Positions 47,801 through 56,731 of a stretch of DNA of 64,000 nucleotides are shown in pieces. The stretch is from a virus. Its lineage: Duplodnaviria; Caudoviricetes. Each line of letters begins with the position of its first letter. The stretch's first letter is position 1. Location: the IMG/VR virus record IMGVR_UViG_3300037067_009225, positions 32,001-96,000 of that record; one strand, given 5' to 3'. The translations under genes were made by a program, and so were the position numbers. The notes under the pieces were generated by a model. That model searched no databases. It was not told the DNA's origin and saw only the letters and a list, made by a program, of their open reading frames with translations.

Positions 47801-50800
47801 TGGTGAAACATTATCTGGTGTTACAAAAGGGTATGCTGGTATTGAAATTGATAGAGGCCAATTAACAAATTATAGATTTATTTTTGATGAAACTTCTGAT
47901 ACTTTTAAAGTTGGAGAAATTGGTGATTTACATTCAGTTGCCACAAGAGAAGATAACCCAACAGATGGTTATATTGCAGTTTGGAATAATTCTACATTTA
48001 GATTTGATACATCTATTAATCCTGATATTTTTTCTTTAACTGGACATAATCATCAAATTAGTGATATTGAAAATTTACAAACAACACTTGATGGTAAATC
48101 TAATACTGGTCACACACATACAGTATCATATATAACAGATATTGGCACATATTATTATGATAAAAATCAAACTAATACATTATTAAGTGGTTATACTTTA
48201 ATTGGTCATACACATACAGTATCAAATATAACTGATATTAATACATATTATTATAACAAAACTAATATAAACAATTTATTATCTGGATATTCAGAAACTG
48301 GACATACACACACAACAACAAGTATTACTGATTTATCATCATATAATAGTTTTACTGATTATTACACAAAAACTATTGTTGATACTTTATTAGCTGGAAA
48401 AGAAAATACAGGTTCAACAACAAATTGGTCAAATATTATTTTTAGTGGATCAACTATTGCTGACATAGAAACAAGAAATTCATCTGATATATCATATGTA
48501 TCTTCTGATTGGGGTACAACAAACGTTGATGATATGTTAACTAAAATTGGAAATTCATTAGAAAATTCACAAGGTTCGGGTAGAATTTATCCTGAAATTG
48601 TTTTGTTTGGAACTAATACTAATTTATTAGAAGTTAGTGGTGGTACTGGTATTATTGCATATGAAAATTTTTATTCTGCAATAACTTGGAATTATATATC
48701 TTTTGATCTTAGTGGTTATACTGTTTCTGATACATATTATGTTTATGTTGATATTAATGGTACTGTTCAAATATCACAATCTATACCTAGTTGTCTAAAT
48801 AATATAGTTCTTGGTAATTTTTATTGGAATTATTTTATTGGTGCTATACAACAATCTGCATATTTTATAGATAATTCAATGTCAAGAATGATGAATTGGT
48901 TTATAAAATTAGGTATGTTTATTTCAGATAATGGTGGAGCTATTCAATTATTAAATAGTGGAACAACAAAAATTATAAGTCCTACTTGTTATGTTGAATA
49001 TGGATTATTACAATTATATTTAACTGAAATTAGTACAAATGATGCTAGTTCTTTTAGATTCATGTTCAACTACATGTCTGATGATGAAGGTGTTAATCTT
49101 GATTTTTTTCAAGCATTAATGACAGATGGTAGTATTAACACAACATATTGGAATGATATAACAGAAAACACATATAATGTATTAACTGGTTATACTGTAA
49201 CATTTACATATAATAGTTCAATAGCTACTTGTAGTTCTAATTTATCTGGAATTTTAAGTGATGATTGTTATGTATATTTAGAAACTGATACTTACATTTA
49301 TATGAATAGAGTTACTGGTATAACTTGGACTGGTTCAGAAACACAAATAGAATTAATTATGCCATATCAGGGTACTGGTGGTAGTGGAACTTTAATTTAT
49401 GATACAGCTTTAAAAACAATACCAAGTGGGAAATGGGTTAAAGGTCTTGTTCTTAGAACAATAGATGATAAATTAGCTTATATTTCACCACAATCATATT
49501 ATGATACTGAAGAAGAAGCTTTAAACTCTAATGTTCCATCATTAGAAGCACCATTAGATTCAACAACAATAAAAATGGCATATATTGTTTATAGTGGTGG
49601 TACAACAAGTTTTGATAATAAAATATATGATATTAGACCTTTACCATTTCATTATAGATCAACTGGTGGTGGTAGTGGTGGCGGTGGTGTTGTAACATCA
49701 CACACTTCTTTGTCTGATTTAGGTAATGATGATCACTTACAATATCTTAGAACAGATGGTACAAGAAATATAAGTGGTATACAAAAATATAGTAGTCATC
49801 TAACTTTTAGTAACGATACTGACATTGTTGATAAAAAATATATTGATGATAGTTTATTATTAAAAGCAAATTCAGCACATACACACATAACATCTAATAT
49901 TACAGATTTATCAACATATGATAGTTTTTCTAATTATTATCTTAAAACTGAAATAAATAATTTCTTTAGTGGTACTACAACAATAAGTGGTTATAATAAA
50001 ACAAATTGGGATACAGCTTATACTAATAATCATACACATTCTAACAAATCATATTTAGATGCTGTTGGTAATAATACTATTTATCATGTTGGAAATATTA
50101 ACACAAGTGATTTTAATTTAACTACTGATAAATTAACTATACACACTGAAATAGGTGCATCAAGTATAATATCAGGTGGAAATAATGGAAATAATTCATT
50201 ATGTTTAGATAGTACTGGTGGTACATTTGAAATTAATACATATTCATCTGACAATGTATATATTGCTACTGGTGGTGGTAATGTTGCTATTGGTAATCCA
50301 GTTTTTGATGTTTTAAACCCTGAAAGATTTCTTGTTAGAAGTTATACAGAAACAAAAAATATAATTAGTGCTTATGCTGATAGTGATGATTATATTCAAT
50401 TAAATATAAAAAACTTTTATACTGGTGAATATGCATCATCTGATTTAGTTGCAACTAATAATATAGGAACAGAAAGTGATATGTATGTTGATTTAGGTAT
50501 AAATTCTTCAATATATAATGATACTGATTATTCTATAGTTGGTGGTAATGATTCATATTTAATTGCAAATGGTGGTAATTTAGCTATTGGTACTGCATCT
50601 ACAGGAAAAACTCTTTTATTTTTCACTAATGGTACTACATATTCTGATGAAAAAATGAGAATAGATTCTGTTGGTCATGTTACAATTCAAAATGATTTAA
50701 CTGTGAGTGGTATTACATTAATTGGCAATCAAACAACAACTGGTTCATTATTTATTTCGGGTGTTACTGGATTATATAATACACTTTATGTTGCTGGTGC

Positions 50801-52148
50801 ATCAACAATTAATAATAGTTTATCTGTTCTTAGTTTAAACGTAGACACAGATTCAATTATTAATGGATTATTAACAGTAAATGATGAAACAAACATAAAT
50901 TCTAATCTTTATGTAAGTGGTACTTTAATAGTAACAGGAAACACATCATTTTATTCACCTGTAAATATTAATAATACATTAACAACAGGATATTTATCTG
51001 TAACAGGAAATACTGTAATTGGTGGAACATTAAGAGTTAGTGGTTCTACTAATTTAGTTAGTACTCTTAATGTTTCTGGTGCAACAATAATATATAATTC
51101 TTTAACTGCTAATAGTGCCAACATAATTGGAAATGTTGATATTGGTGGAAATTTACACACAACAGGTTCAACTTATTTATATAACACATTAGATATAAGT
51201 GGAAATACATCAATTTATAATAATTTAAATGTATCTGATGATTTAAAAATAACAGGTGATTCTTTTATTACTGGTTCTACACATTTGGGTAATGTTCAAT
51301 CTGGATTTACACAAGATAATTTAGATTTTACACCATCAGCAACACCATTAGCAACCACAAATACTACATATACATATATAACTGTTTATGGTATAGAAGC
51401 ACCTGATTTATCAAATATAACACAATGGACTGTTAATTGGGATTTATCATCTAATAGTCTTTATAATTTTTCTATAAACACTAATGATGGTGTACCTAAT
51501 TGGTATGTTGATTTATTAACATATTCTACTCAAACATTTAATCAATCTTATCCAAGTGTAATATTTAGTGGTGTTGGTATAACTAATTTGGATGGTGAAT
51601 ATTGGGTTAAAAAAGCATCAGGAAATATAATATTTATTTCTAAAACAGGAAATTTCACAATATATTTATCAACAACAAGTGTTTCATATGTTACTCCAAC
51701 TTTTATATCAAATTTTATAGCAATGGATGCAACTAATAGAATAGTTGATACTGGTATAAAAGCTCATTTATATGGTTCTATATTTAAATATATTCAAGAT
51801 TTAACACAAACAACAACAACATCTCAAAACCCAACTTATCACACCAAATTATCATTAGCAACTGGTGTTATACCATCAGGTATTTATAAAATAACAGCAA
51901 GTTATGCTATGAATAAGAATGTTTCTAATTCTGATATGTTACAAAGGGTTCAAGTTGATGGTGTAAATCTTGGTGGTATTCATAATCATGAATTAAGTGA
52001 TACAACCACTTGGCTATATAATACAAGAGTTATGATGATAACATTTTCAACAACAACAACACATACTATAAATTTACAATTTTCGCAAGAAGCTGCTGGT
52101 ACACTAAATATGAGAGATTGCACATTAGAAATAATTAGAGTTCAATAA
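44895..52148 (+). CDS. Giant tail fibre/adhesin-like protein (2417 aa)
   Basis: F.SIQ.AID beta-helix start; HxH motifs (GHTH); duplicated module; (S/T)GxT-rich beta repeats. Confidence 0.75.
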   Translation: MIREVFIVKNNITSDVELKDFGYIIPSGQTVELQDYNKAVLSDELYNYLSGNTLIRIIDNNEVSFENSYDVVTNNYFEESYKEISVAKSGATFNSIQSAIDSISGATTNNRYVINVGVGDYIENIILKDYVIVQGISQSTVRIYGNLTVQSGSTGYCKIKDVQFITYDESTAVLNTSGTIIISDVTLNSIWSGTTQNKYVVDLQKGDIQIIGKSTLILTDSYLGVENTTNFIFNINGNDIVKMLAINIICTKNVYNDNNLIGNVNNTNTNSETCVKIRNSTFQTLLYGLNSNNIIYDIFHSGASCITEIYNTAFDTDIINDENATIKYISAYNSYSQGYGSTINIISSKISWCDIIDDSDIYIGASISDIDIVKIINCTYNTYNDTLPTIYTNDGNSGFTYYSINNGVGTYYVNDKLVTNNILIGGINSIVISNVLDILSGYSTSSLVTENGIRNFYQNGVSEIIFTNTGWTNTTQTVESFLEDLTEYTEQTNGSGVNDQYNLLFGAETSTVTISGGTGYINYLHFHKKITWNTTQIVVSGYTDDLYHVYIDSNVNINISNTEPNKYQNIYLGMFYYSGGKIVNIVDISLKLNNSMNLALDSMTNLGMFIYDNGGNVQALTANTLQIYSSPCKAQFGFTKYDLSYIDSTNTTTFKFVFTYETSNIGFQVDFYRMFNPTKLGEIYTDRYNDQYGVADVELSGITATFTTNSNLVTSSSDLTSLLNDDYYIYFVDDTSLYMTPISSVTWNGSTTTITLESEYLGSGGTGSVYYNSCLPKIPTDEYIKHLIIRQTNDTLVLVMSQLTFNTDSEAISGPIPEPPTYLEKFIIKMASIVTKQGDTTLVGKIYDIRPLPFLYSTLSGSGGGVSSHSALSDLGNDDHLQYLRTDGTRNITDIISYNNNNKTFLTDTDIISKKYVDDGLDEKSDSGHTHTIINNSLIISGDLTVSGTTTFINTEDLNVFDNMIYINSGETLSGVTKGYAGIEIDRGQLTNYRFIFDETSDTFKVGEIGDLHSVATREDNPTDGYIAVWNNSTFRFDTSINPDIFSLTGHNHQISDIENLQTTLDGKSNTGHTHTVSYITDIGTYYYDKNQTNTLLSGYTLIGHTHTVSNITDINTYYYNKTNINNLLSGYSETGHTHTTTSITDLSSYNSFTDYYTKTIVDTLLAGKENTGSTTNWSNIIFSGSTIADIETRNSSDISYVSSDWGTTNVDDMLTKIGNSLENSQGSGRIYPEIVLFGTNTNLLEVSGGTGIIAYENFYSAITWNYISFDLSGYTVSDTYYVYVDINGTVQISQSIPSCLNNIVLGNFYWNYFIGAIQQSAYFIDNSMSRMMNWFIKLGMFISDNGGAIQLLNSGTTKIISPTCYVEYGLLQLYLTEISTNDASSFRFMFNYMSDDEGVNLDFFQALMTDGSINTTYWNDITENTYNVLTGYTVTFTYNSSIATCSSNLSGILSDDCYVYLETDTYIYMNRVTGITWTGSETQIELIMPYQGTGGSGTLIYDTALKTIPSGKWVKGLVLRTIDDKLAYISPQSYYDTEEEALNSNVPSLEAPLDSTTIKMAYIVYSGGTTSFDNKIYDIRPLPFHYRSTGGGSGGGGVVTSHTSLSDLGNDDHLQYLRTDGTRNISGIQKYSSHLTFSNDTDIVDKKYIDDSLLLKANSAHTHITSNITDLSTYDSFSNYYLKTEINNFFSGTTTISGYNKTNWDTAYTNNHTHSNKSYLDAVGNNTIYHVGNINTSDFNLTTDKLTIHTEIGASSIISGGNNGNNSLCLDSTGGTFEINTYSSDNVYIATGGGNVAIGNPVFDVLNPERFLVRSYTETKNIISAYADSDDYIQLNIKNFYTGEYASSDLVATNNIGTESDMYVDLGINSSIYNDTDYSIVGGNDSYLIANGGNLAIGTASTGKTLLFFTNGTTYSDEKMRIDSVGHVTIQNDLTVSGITLIGNQTTTGSLFISGVTGLYNTLYVAGASTINNSLSVLSLNVDTDSIINGLLTVNDETNINSNLYVSGTLIVTGNTSFYSPVNINNTLTTGYLSVTGNTVIGGTLRVSGSTNLVSTLNVSGATIIYNSLTANSANIIGNVDIGGNLHTTGSTYLYNTLDISGNTSIYNNLNVSDDLKITGDSFITGSTHLGNVQSGFTQDNLDFTPSATPLATTNTTYTYITVYGIEAPDLSNITQWTVNWDLSSNSLYNFSINTNDGVPNWYVDLLTYSTQTFNQSYPSVIFSGVGITNLDGEYWVKKASGNIIFISKTGNFTIYLSTTSVSYVTPTFISNFIAMDATNRIVDTGIKAHLYGSIFKYIQDLTQTTTTSQNPTYHTKLSLATGVIPSGIYKITASYAMNKNVSNSDMLQRVQVDGVNLGGIHNHELSDTTTWLYNTRVMMITFSTTTTHTINLQFSQEAAGTLNMRDCTLEIIRVQ
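47514..49772 (+). repeat. Internal duplication in the fibre gene (2202-nt offset)
   Basis: 47514-47570 vs 49716-49772: 57 bp with 2 mismatches (DLGNDDHLQYLRTDGTRNI); flanking KIYDIRPLPF also repeated. Confidence 0.85.
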
Positions 52149-52167
52149 ATAAAATAAAAAATGAAAA

Positions 52168-52911
52168 ATGAAAAAATATTTATTAGCATATCAAATAATT
52201 AAACAAGTAGAAGATCAAACAATTAAACAAACTGTTGGTGTTGATTTAGAAAATTGGGATGAAAAAGATTTAAATAATAATGTATCATTTCAATTAATTT
52301 ATAGTGGTCAAACAATACCAGAAAATTATATTAATATTAGTTCAATTAAAAATTGGCATTTATATGGTGCTAATGTATCTAATGATTATTTAGTTTATAA
52401 AAATGCAATAAAAGATATAGTTGAGAAAAATGGTTGGTTAAATTTATCTAACGAAGAAAAAGATTTAGCTATACAATATTATTCTTATACTAATCCAACA
52501 GAAGCTGTTATCTATTTAATGACAGTAAAAGGATATAATCAACAACAAGCTCAATATTTTTTATTAGAACAATGGCATAAACACCACGCTAATTTAATTG
52601 TTGCATGTAAACAAAGATGGTATTATGCTAAACTTGTTGTTCCTATGTTTTTATCTTTTACCGATTCAGAAGATTTATTAAATACAGTTGAACCTTTAAT
52701 TTTTGCATATGTAGATATGGGTAGATTAGGTATAAATTATGGTGATAAAAAAGATGGTATAATGGATTATATTGAATCTACAAATATGTTTTTTGAACAA
52801 GGTTTAAAAGAAAATAATTATACACTTTTAATGGGAACATGGGATATATTTATTGAAAATATGAAGAATGTTTTTATCGAAGGAATATATAATAAATATG
52901 ATAATGTTTAA
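52168..52911 (+). CDS. Hypothetical protein (fibre-associated/chaperone candidate)
   Basis: Immediately downstream of the fibre gene. Confidence 0.7.
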   Translation: MKKYLLAYQIIKQVEDQTIKQTVGVDLENWDEKDLNNNVSFQLIYSGQTIPENYINISSIKNWHLYGANVSNDYLVYKNAIKDIVEKNGWLNLSNEEKDLAIQYYSYTNPTEAVIYLMTVKGYNQQQAQYFLLEQWHKHHANLIVACKQRWYYAKLVVPMFLSFTDSEDLLNTVEPLIFAYVDMGRLGINYGDKKDGIMDYIESTNMFFEQGLKENNYTLLMGTWDIFIENMKNVFIEGIYNKYDNV

Positions 52912-52928
52912 AAATTAATAAATAAAAT

Positions 52929-53192
52929 ATGACTAAAATTAGAAGTAATTTTTTAGAAATAATATTAAAAGAAATTTTTACTGGTAAAATAATATATAAT
53001 GATAACGGTGAAAAAATTATAATTTCTGATATTAATTATCAACCAATATTACAAGAAGTATATATAAAAGATGAAAATAATAACGGTTATAAACTTTCTT
53101 TAAATTTAAATTACGAATTTGATTTAAATTTAAATAATTTAGAAAGAATTAAACCAAATAAAGGGAAAATTAAAAGTAAAAATAAAATATGA
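52929..53192 (+). CDS. Hypothetical protein
   Basis: ORF in late operon. Confidence 0.65.
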   Translation: MTKIRSNFLEIILKEIFTGKIIYNDNGEKIIISDINYQPILQEVYIKDENNNGYKLSLNLNYEFDLNLNNLERIKPNKGKIKSKNKI

Positions 53193-53890
53193 AATTTCTA
53201 TTACCAATAAATGAATTTGTTAAAAATGAAAAATTTACATTTTATTTAATTAATAAAATGGTAGAAGATATTAAATTAAAATTTAATATGGAAGATGAAG
53301 ATATTTATATAGAAAGAAATAGAAATACTAAACATGAAATTACTTTTATAAATATTTATATTGAAGATATATTAGAAAAAGATATAAAAAATATAGATAT
53401 TTTTTTAAATAAATATATTAAAATATTTGAAAAAAATGAATTATTATTAACATATAGAAAAAAAAGAGTTGAATTTTTAAAAAAAGTTAGATATAAATAT
53501 GATATATTGATAAAAAGCGATAAATTACAAAGAATAAAACCACCAAAATATGTTTATCACTCAACCAAAGAAAAAAATATTGATGATATATTATTAAATG
53601 GTTTAATACCAAAATCTGGTAATCAATGGAATATTGAGTTAGAATATAAACCTGCAATATTTGCAACAAGAAATATAAATCATACATGGAAACATTTTGG
53701 AAATAATGTTTTATTACAAATAGATACAGAAAATTTAGATAATAAATGGTATATTGATTTAAATTTAAATGATTATAATTATCCTAATGATCCAGATAAA
53801 GATTTTATAATGACTTATGAACCTATACCTAAAGAAAATATTAGATTACTATCTAATGAAGAAAAAGAAGAAATAAAAAAAGCCAGATAA
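53189..53890 (+). CDS. ADP-ribosyltransferase-fold (Tpt1/KptA C-domain-like) protein with CTS-like leader
   Basis: YVYHST...ILLNGL.PK...IFAT...LLQID...EPIP.ENI; leader MKFLLPINEFVKNE. Confidence 0.6.
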   Translation: MKFLLPINEFVKNEKFTFYLINKMVEDIKLKFNMEDEDIYIERNRNTKHEITFINIYIEDILEKDIKNIDIFLNKYIKIFEKNELLLTYRKKRVEFLKKVRYKYDILIKSDKLQRIKPPKYVYHSTKEKNIDDILLNGLIPKSGNQWNIELEYKPAIFATRNINHTWKHFGNNVLLQIDTENLDNKWYIDLNLNDYNYPNDPDKDFIMTYEPIPKENIRLLSNEEKEEIKKAR

Positions 53891-53906
53891 ATTATCTGGC
53901 TTTTTT
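53876..53906. terminator. Bidirectional intrinsic terminator
   Basis: AAAAAAGCCAGATAA-A-TTATCTGGCTTTTTT. Confidence 0.8.
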
Positions 53907-53908
53907 AA

Positions 53909-54196
53909 TTATTTTTGTTCAGGTTGTTCAGGTACTACTTCTACTTCTGGTACATTATCTGAATCAACCATTGGAACATCACCAGGATCAACCATAACAT
54001 CATCCAAATCAATATCAACATTAATATCATTAGCATCAACGATATTTTCTTGTGTAGCTTTAGGCATGTTTTCTTTTAACATTTTTTGAAATGCTTCAAT
54101 TCTCTTTTTTTCAAAAGCTTTTTTAGCATGTTCTACCATCATACTGTAATGTTGTGCTTTTCTCTTTCTTTTTGGGTCTTTTCTACTTTTAGCCAT
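53909..54196 (-). CDS. Hypothetical protein, basic N-terminus and acidic C-terminus
   Basis: MAKSRKDPKRKRK...DDVMVD. Confidence 0.7.
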   Translation of the reverse strand: MAKSRKDPKRKRKAQHYSMMVEHAKKAFEKKRIEAFQKMLKENMPKATQENIVDANDINVDIDLDDVMVDPGDVPMVDSDNVPEVEVVPEQPEQK

Positions 54197-54231
54197 AATT
54201 TATTTATTTATTTTATTTTTAATATTTATTT

Positions 54232-54405
54232 TTAACCAAGATAACACTTTACTACTATACCTTTTTTTATTTCAAAATTTAATCTATCACTTCTTAAATC
54301 ACAAGTTGTTGCAAATGAAACACCATCTTTTTTAACAATTCTATAATCATCTGCTATAAGAATTGCATCTTCTATTTTCATATTAATGTATTCTTCACAA
54401 TTCAT
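54232..54405 (-). CDS. Peptidase inhibitor I78/potato-inhibitor-like protein (57 aa; not in ORF track)
   Basis: MNCEEYINMKIEDA...YRIVKKDG...TCDLRSDRLNFEIKKGIVVKCYLG* matches the R....G...T.D.R.DRLN....G.V....G pattern. Confidence 0.75.
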   Translation of the reverse strand: MNCEEYINMKIEDAILIADDYRIVKKDGVSFATTCDLRSDRLNFEIKKGIVVKCYLG

Positions 54406-54447
54406 TTAAAAGATTTTTATTTTTATATACTAAAAAATATAATTTGT

Positions 54448-54726
54448 TTAATTTATTTTATATTTTTTTAATAATCCTTGTTTATCAGGTATATTTTTTT
54501 CTATAAACTTAATCAATAAAAATAGATTTTCATATTCATATATATCATTCAAATTAAAATCTTTTAAAAAATCTTGATCTATAACAATTCTAAAATTATC
54601 TTTATTATCAAACCAATATATTAATTCATAAATCTTATTTTTTATTTTTAAAGAAAATAAAATTGCAACACCACCTTTAATTTCACCCATTAAATCTATA
54701 ACAGAAATTGAAACAGCTTGACTCAT
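54448..54726 (-). CDS. Hypothetical protein
   Basis: ORF divergent from the gp25-like gene. Confidence 0.7.
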   Translation of the reverse strand: MSQAVSISVIDLMGEIKGGVAILFSLKIKNKIYELIYWFDNKDNFRIVIDQDFLKDFNLNDIYEYENLFLLIKFIEKNIPDKQGLLKKYKIN

Positions 54727-54783
54727 TAATTGGATTTTTATTTTTTAATATATATTAATAAAATGAGGACTAATTAAAAAAAT

Positions 54784-55155
54784 ATGGCAATAAAAGATTA
54801 TAAAGAAATTAATATTAGATATCAAGGACATCCAAAATTTTTATCTACTAAAGTTATAGAAGATAATATCATTGAAGTTATTATACAAAAATTAGAAATG
54901 ATATTATTCACAAGAAAAGGTTCTGTTATTGGTGATTCAGATTTTGGTTGTGATATAGAATTTTATTTGTGGCAAACAAGAGTTCCAGCTAATATTATAA
55001 AAAAGAATATTCAAGACCAAATAATAAAATATATTCCAGAATTAACAAGTATGGAATATACTATAACAATAGATTTATATAACGGTACACTTAGAGATAT
55101 AATGTATGTAAATGTGATAATTAAAGATTTTAGTGTTAATTTCATTTTTCAGTAA
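54784..55155 (+). CDS. Baseplate wedge protein gp25-like
   Basis: ILFTRKGSVIGD.DFGC.I..YLW...I...I..YIP pattern. Confidence 0.75.
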   Translation: MAIKDYKEINIRYQGHPKFLSTKVIEDNIIEVIIQKLEMILFTRKGSVIGDSDFGCDIEFYLWQTRVPANIIKKNIQDQIIKYIPELTSMEYTITIDLYNGTLRDIMYVNVIIKDFSVNFIFQ

Positions 55156-55268
55156 TTTTATATTAATTCTACAATTTTAATAATTTTTTTATATTATTAA
55201 TAATCAATTTTTTATGAAAAAATAGACTTTAAATATTTAATATATAGTAATAAAAATAAAATTTTTTT

Positions 55269-55790
55269 ATGAATTTTGGTACTAAAAAGAAAGAAGAAGA
55301 TATTACAAAAATATTTACATCAGATATTATTGAAAATATCATAGATAGAGAAAATAAAGGTTTTCAAATAAAAAGAATAGAAAAAATTTGGTTTAAAAAT
55401 CTTAGTGGTATAAGAGCTCCATATCTTAAATTTTCTATGACTAAAGAAGAAATTGCTGAATATACAAAATGTAAATTAAGTGTTCATTATTTTGCTGAAA
55501 AATACTGTCATATTAAAAGAGAAGATGGTTCTATTGGGCCAATGAAGCTTCGTGAATATCAAAAGGATATTATTGATTTATATACTAAGAATAGCAGAGC
55601 TATTCTAATGGCGAGTAGACAAAGTGGTAAGTGTGTGACTTTCAATACTTTAATAGAAATAAATTTAGATGGTCAATATTTAAAAACAACAATTGGTGAA
55701 TTTTATTACGAAATACTTTCTCAATTTAGAAAATTAACAAAATTGGAAAAAATTAAACTTTTTTTATATAAAATTTTATCAAAAATATAA
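55269..55790 (+). CDS. terL: Terminase large subunit N-extein (121 aa) + N-intein (52 aa)
   Basis: EY.KC....YFAEKY, LREYQ and ASRQSGK (T4 gp17-like), then intein block A CVTFNTLIEI from 55632. Confidence 0.9.
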   Translation: MNFGTKKKEEDITKIFTSDIIENIIDRENKGFQIKRIEKIWFKNLSGIRAPYLKFSMTKEEIAEYTKCKLSVHYFAEKYCHIKREDGSIGPMKLREYQKDIIDLYTKNSRAILMASRQSGKCVTFNTLIEINLDGQYLKTTIGEFYYEILSQFRKLTKLEKIKLFLYKILSKI

Positions 55791-55791
55791 A

Positions 55792-56682
55792 TCATGTTAT
55801 TTTTGGATAAAATATATCTAACCATTTATTTTTTAATGCAGATGCATATGCACTTCCAGATTTATTTTTAAATTCACTTCTACTATTATATTTAGTGGAC
55901 TCATTTTTACAATTTTTAAATGTCCATTTAATATTGTTACCACCCACACTTCCTGTTTTTGCGATATTTATCATTATATAATTTCTTTCTTTAAATTTAT
56001 TTAAATATATTTCTTCATACTTAATAGCATCATCTAAATTTATATATTGTGTTAATTTAAAAAAACGTGGTTTTAATTTAGTTTTTTTAATATATTTAAA
56101 AACCGAAGATTTATAACTTGTTAAGTGTTGATTAATTCTTTGTTCAAAATTATATGTTAAACCAACATAAGCGTGTTTATCATGAAATATAACAACATAG
56201 ACCATTCTACGCATTTTATTTCCCACAATTGGCATATGTGAACATATTTCATTTAACCAATTATTTCTATATGCTGAATTATATGCACTATTTGATAATA
56301 TATAAAATTCACTTTTTGTTTTATACTTTAAAGCTTCTTTTTTACAATTTTCAAAAGTCCAATCATTATTTAATATCATATGTGAACATATATCATTTAT
56401 CCAGTTATTTTTTAATGATATTGCATATGAACTTTTTGAGTTTTTCTTAAATTCATTTTTAGTATTATATTTTAATGCTTCTTCTTGACATCTTTCTTTT
56501 GTCCAAAATCCATTATGATGTCTTTTAATTATCATATGTGAACAAATTTGAGATAACCAATTGTTTATTAAAGCTTTTTTATATGCACTACGTGAATTAT
56601 TTTTAAAATCTATTTTTGTGTTATAATTTAACGCTTCTTGTTGACATTTATCAAAAGTCCAATAATTATTTGGTTTTTTCAT
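55792..56682 (-). CDS. GIY-YIG homing endonuclease with WT..C..EA repeats
   Basis: VYVV...AYVGLT...R..QH...E...N; four WT.E.C..EALKY.T..EF...S.SAY..A..N.W repeats. Confidence 0.85.
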   Translation of the reverse strand: MKKPNNYWTFDKCQQEALNYNTKIDFKNNSRSAYKKALINNWLSQICSHMIIKRHHNGFWTKERCQEEALKYNTKNEFKKNSKSSYAISLKNNWINDICSHMILNNDWTFENCKKEALKYKTKSEFYILSNSAYNSAYRNNWLNEICSHMPIVGNKMRRMVYVVIFHDKHAYVGLTYNFEQRINQHLTSYKSSVFKYIKKTKLKPRFFKLTQYINLDDAIKYEEIYLNKFKERNYIMINIAKTGSVGGNNIKWTFKNCKNESTKYNSRSEFKNKSGSAYASALKNKWLDIFYPKIT

Positions 56683-56696
56683 ATTTAGACTATTTA

Positions 56697-56716
56697 TTTT
56701 TAATATATATTAAAAA
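56697..56716. promoter_or_regulatory. 20-bp palindrome, candidate bidirectional late promoter
   Basis: TTTTTAATATATATTAAAAA between the divergent endonuclease and IntC-TerL starts. Confidence 0.6.
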
Positions 56717-56731
56717 AATAAGGTTCTAAAA

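Noticed and set aside
55790-56731. Group I intron interrupting terL
   Set aside because: The region is filled by an antisense ORF with no room for an evident intron core; intein motifs and a separate promoter and start explain the split.
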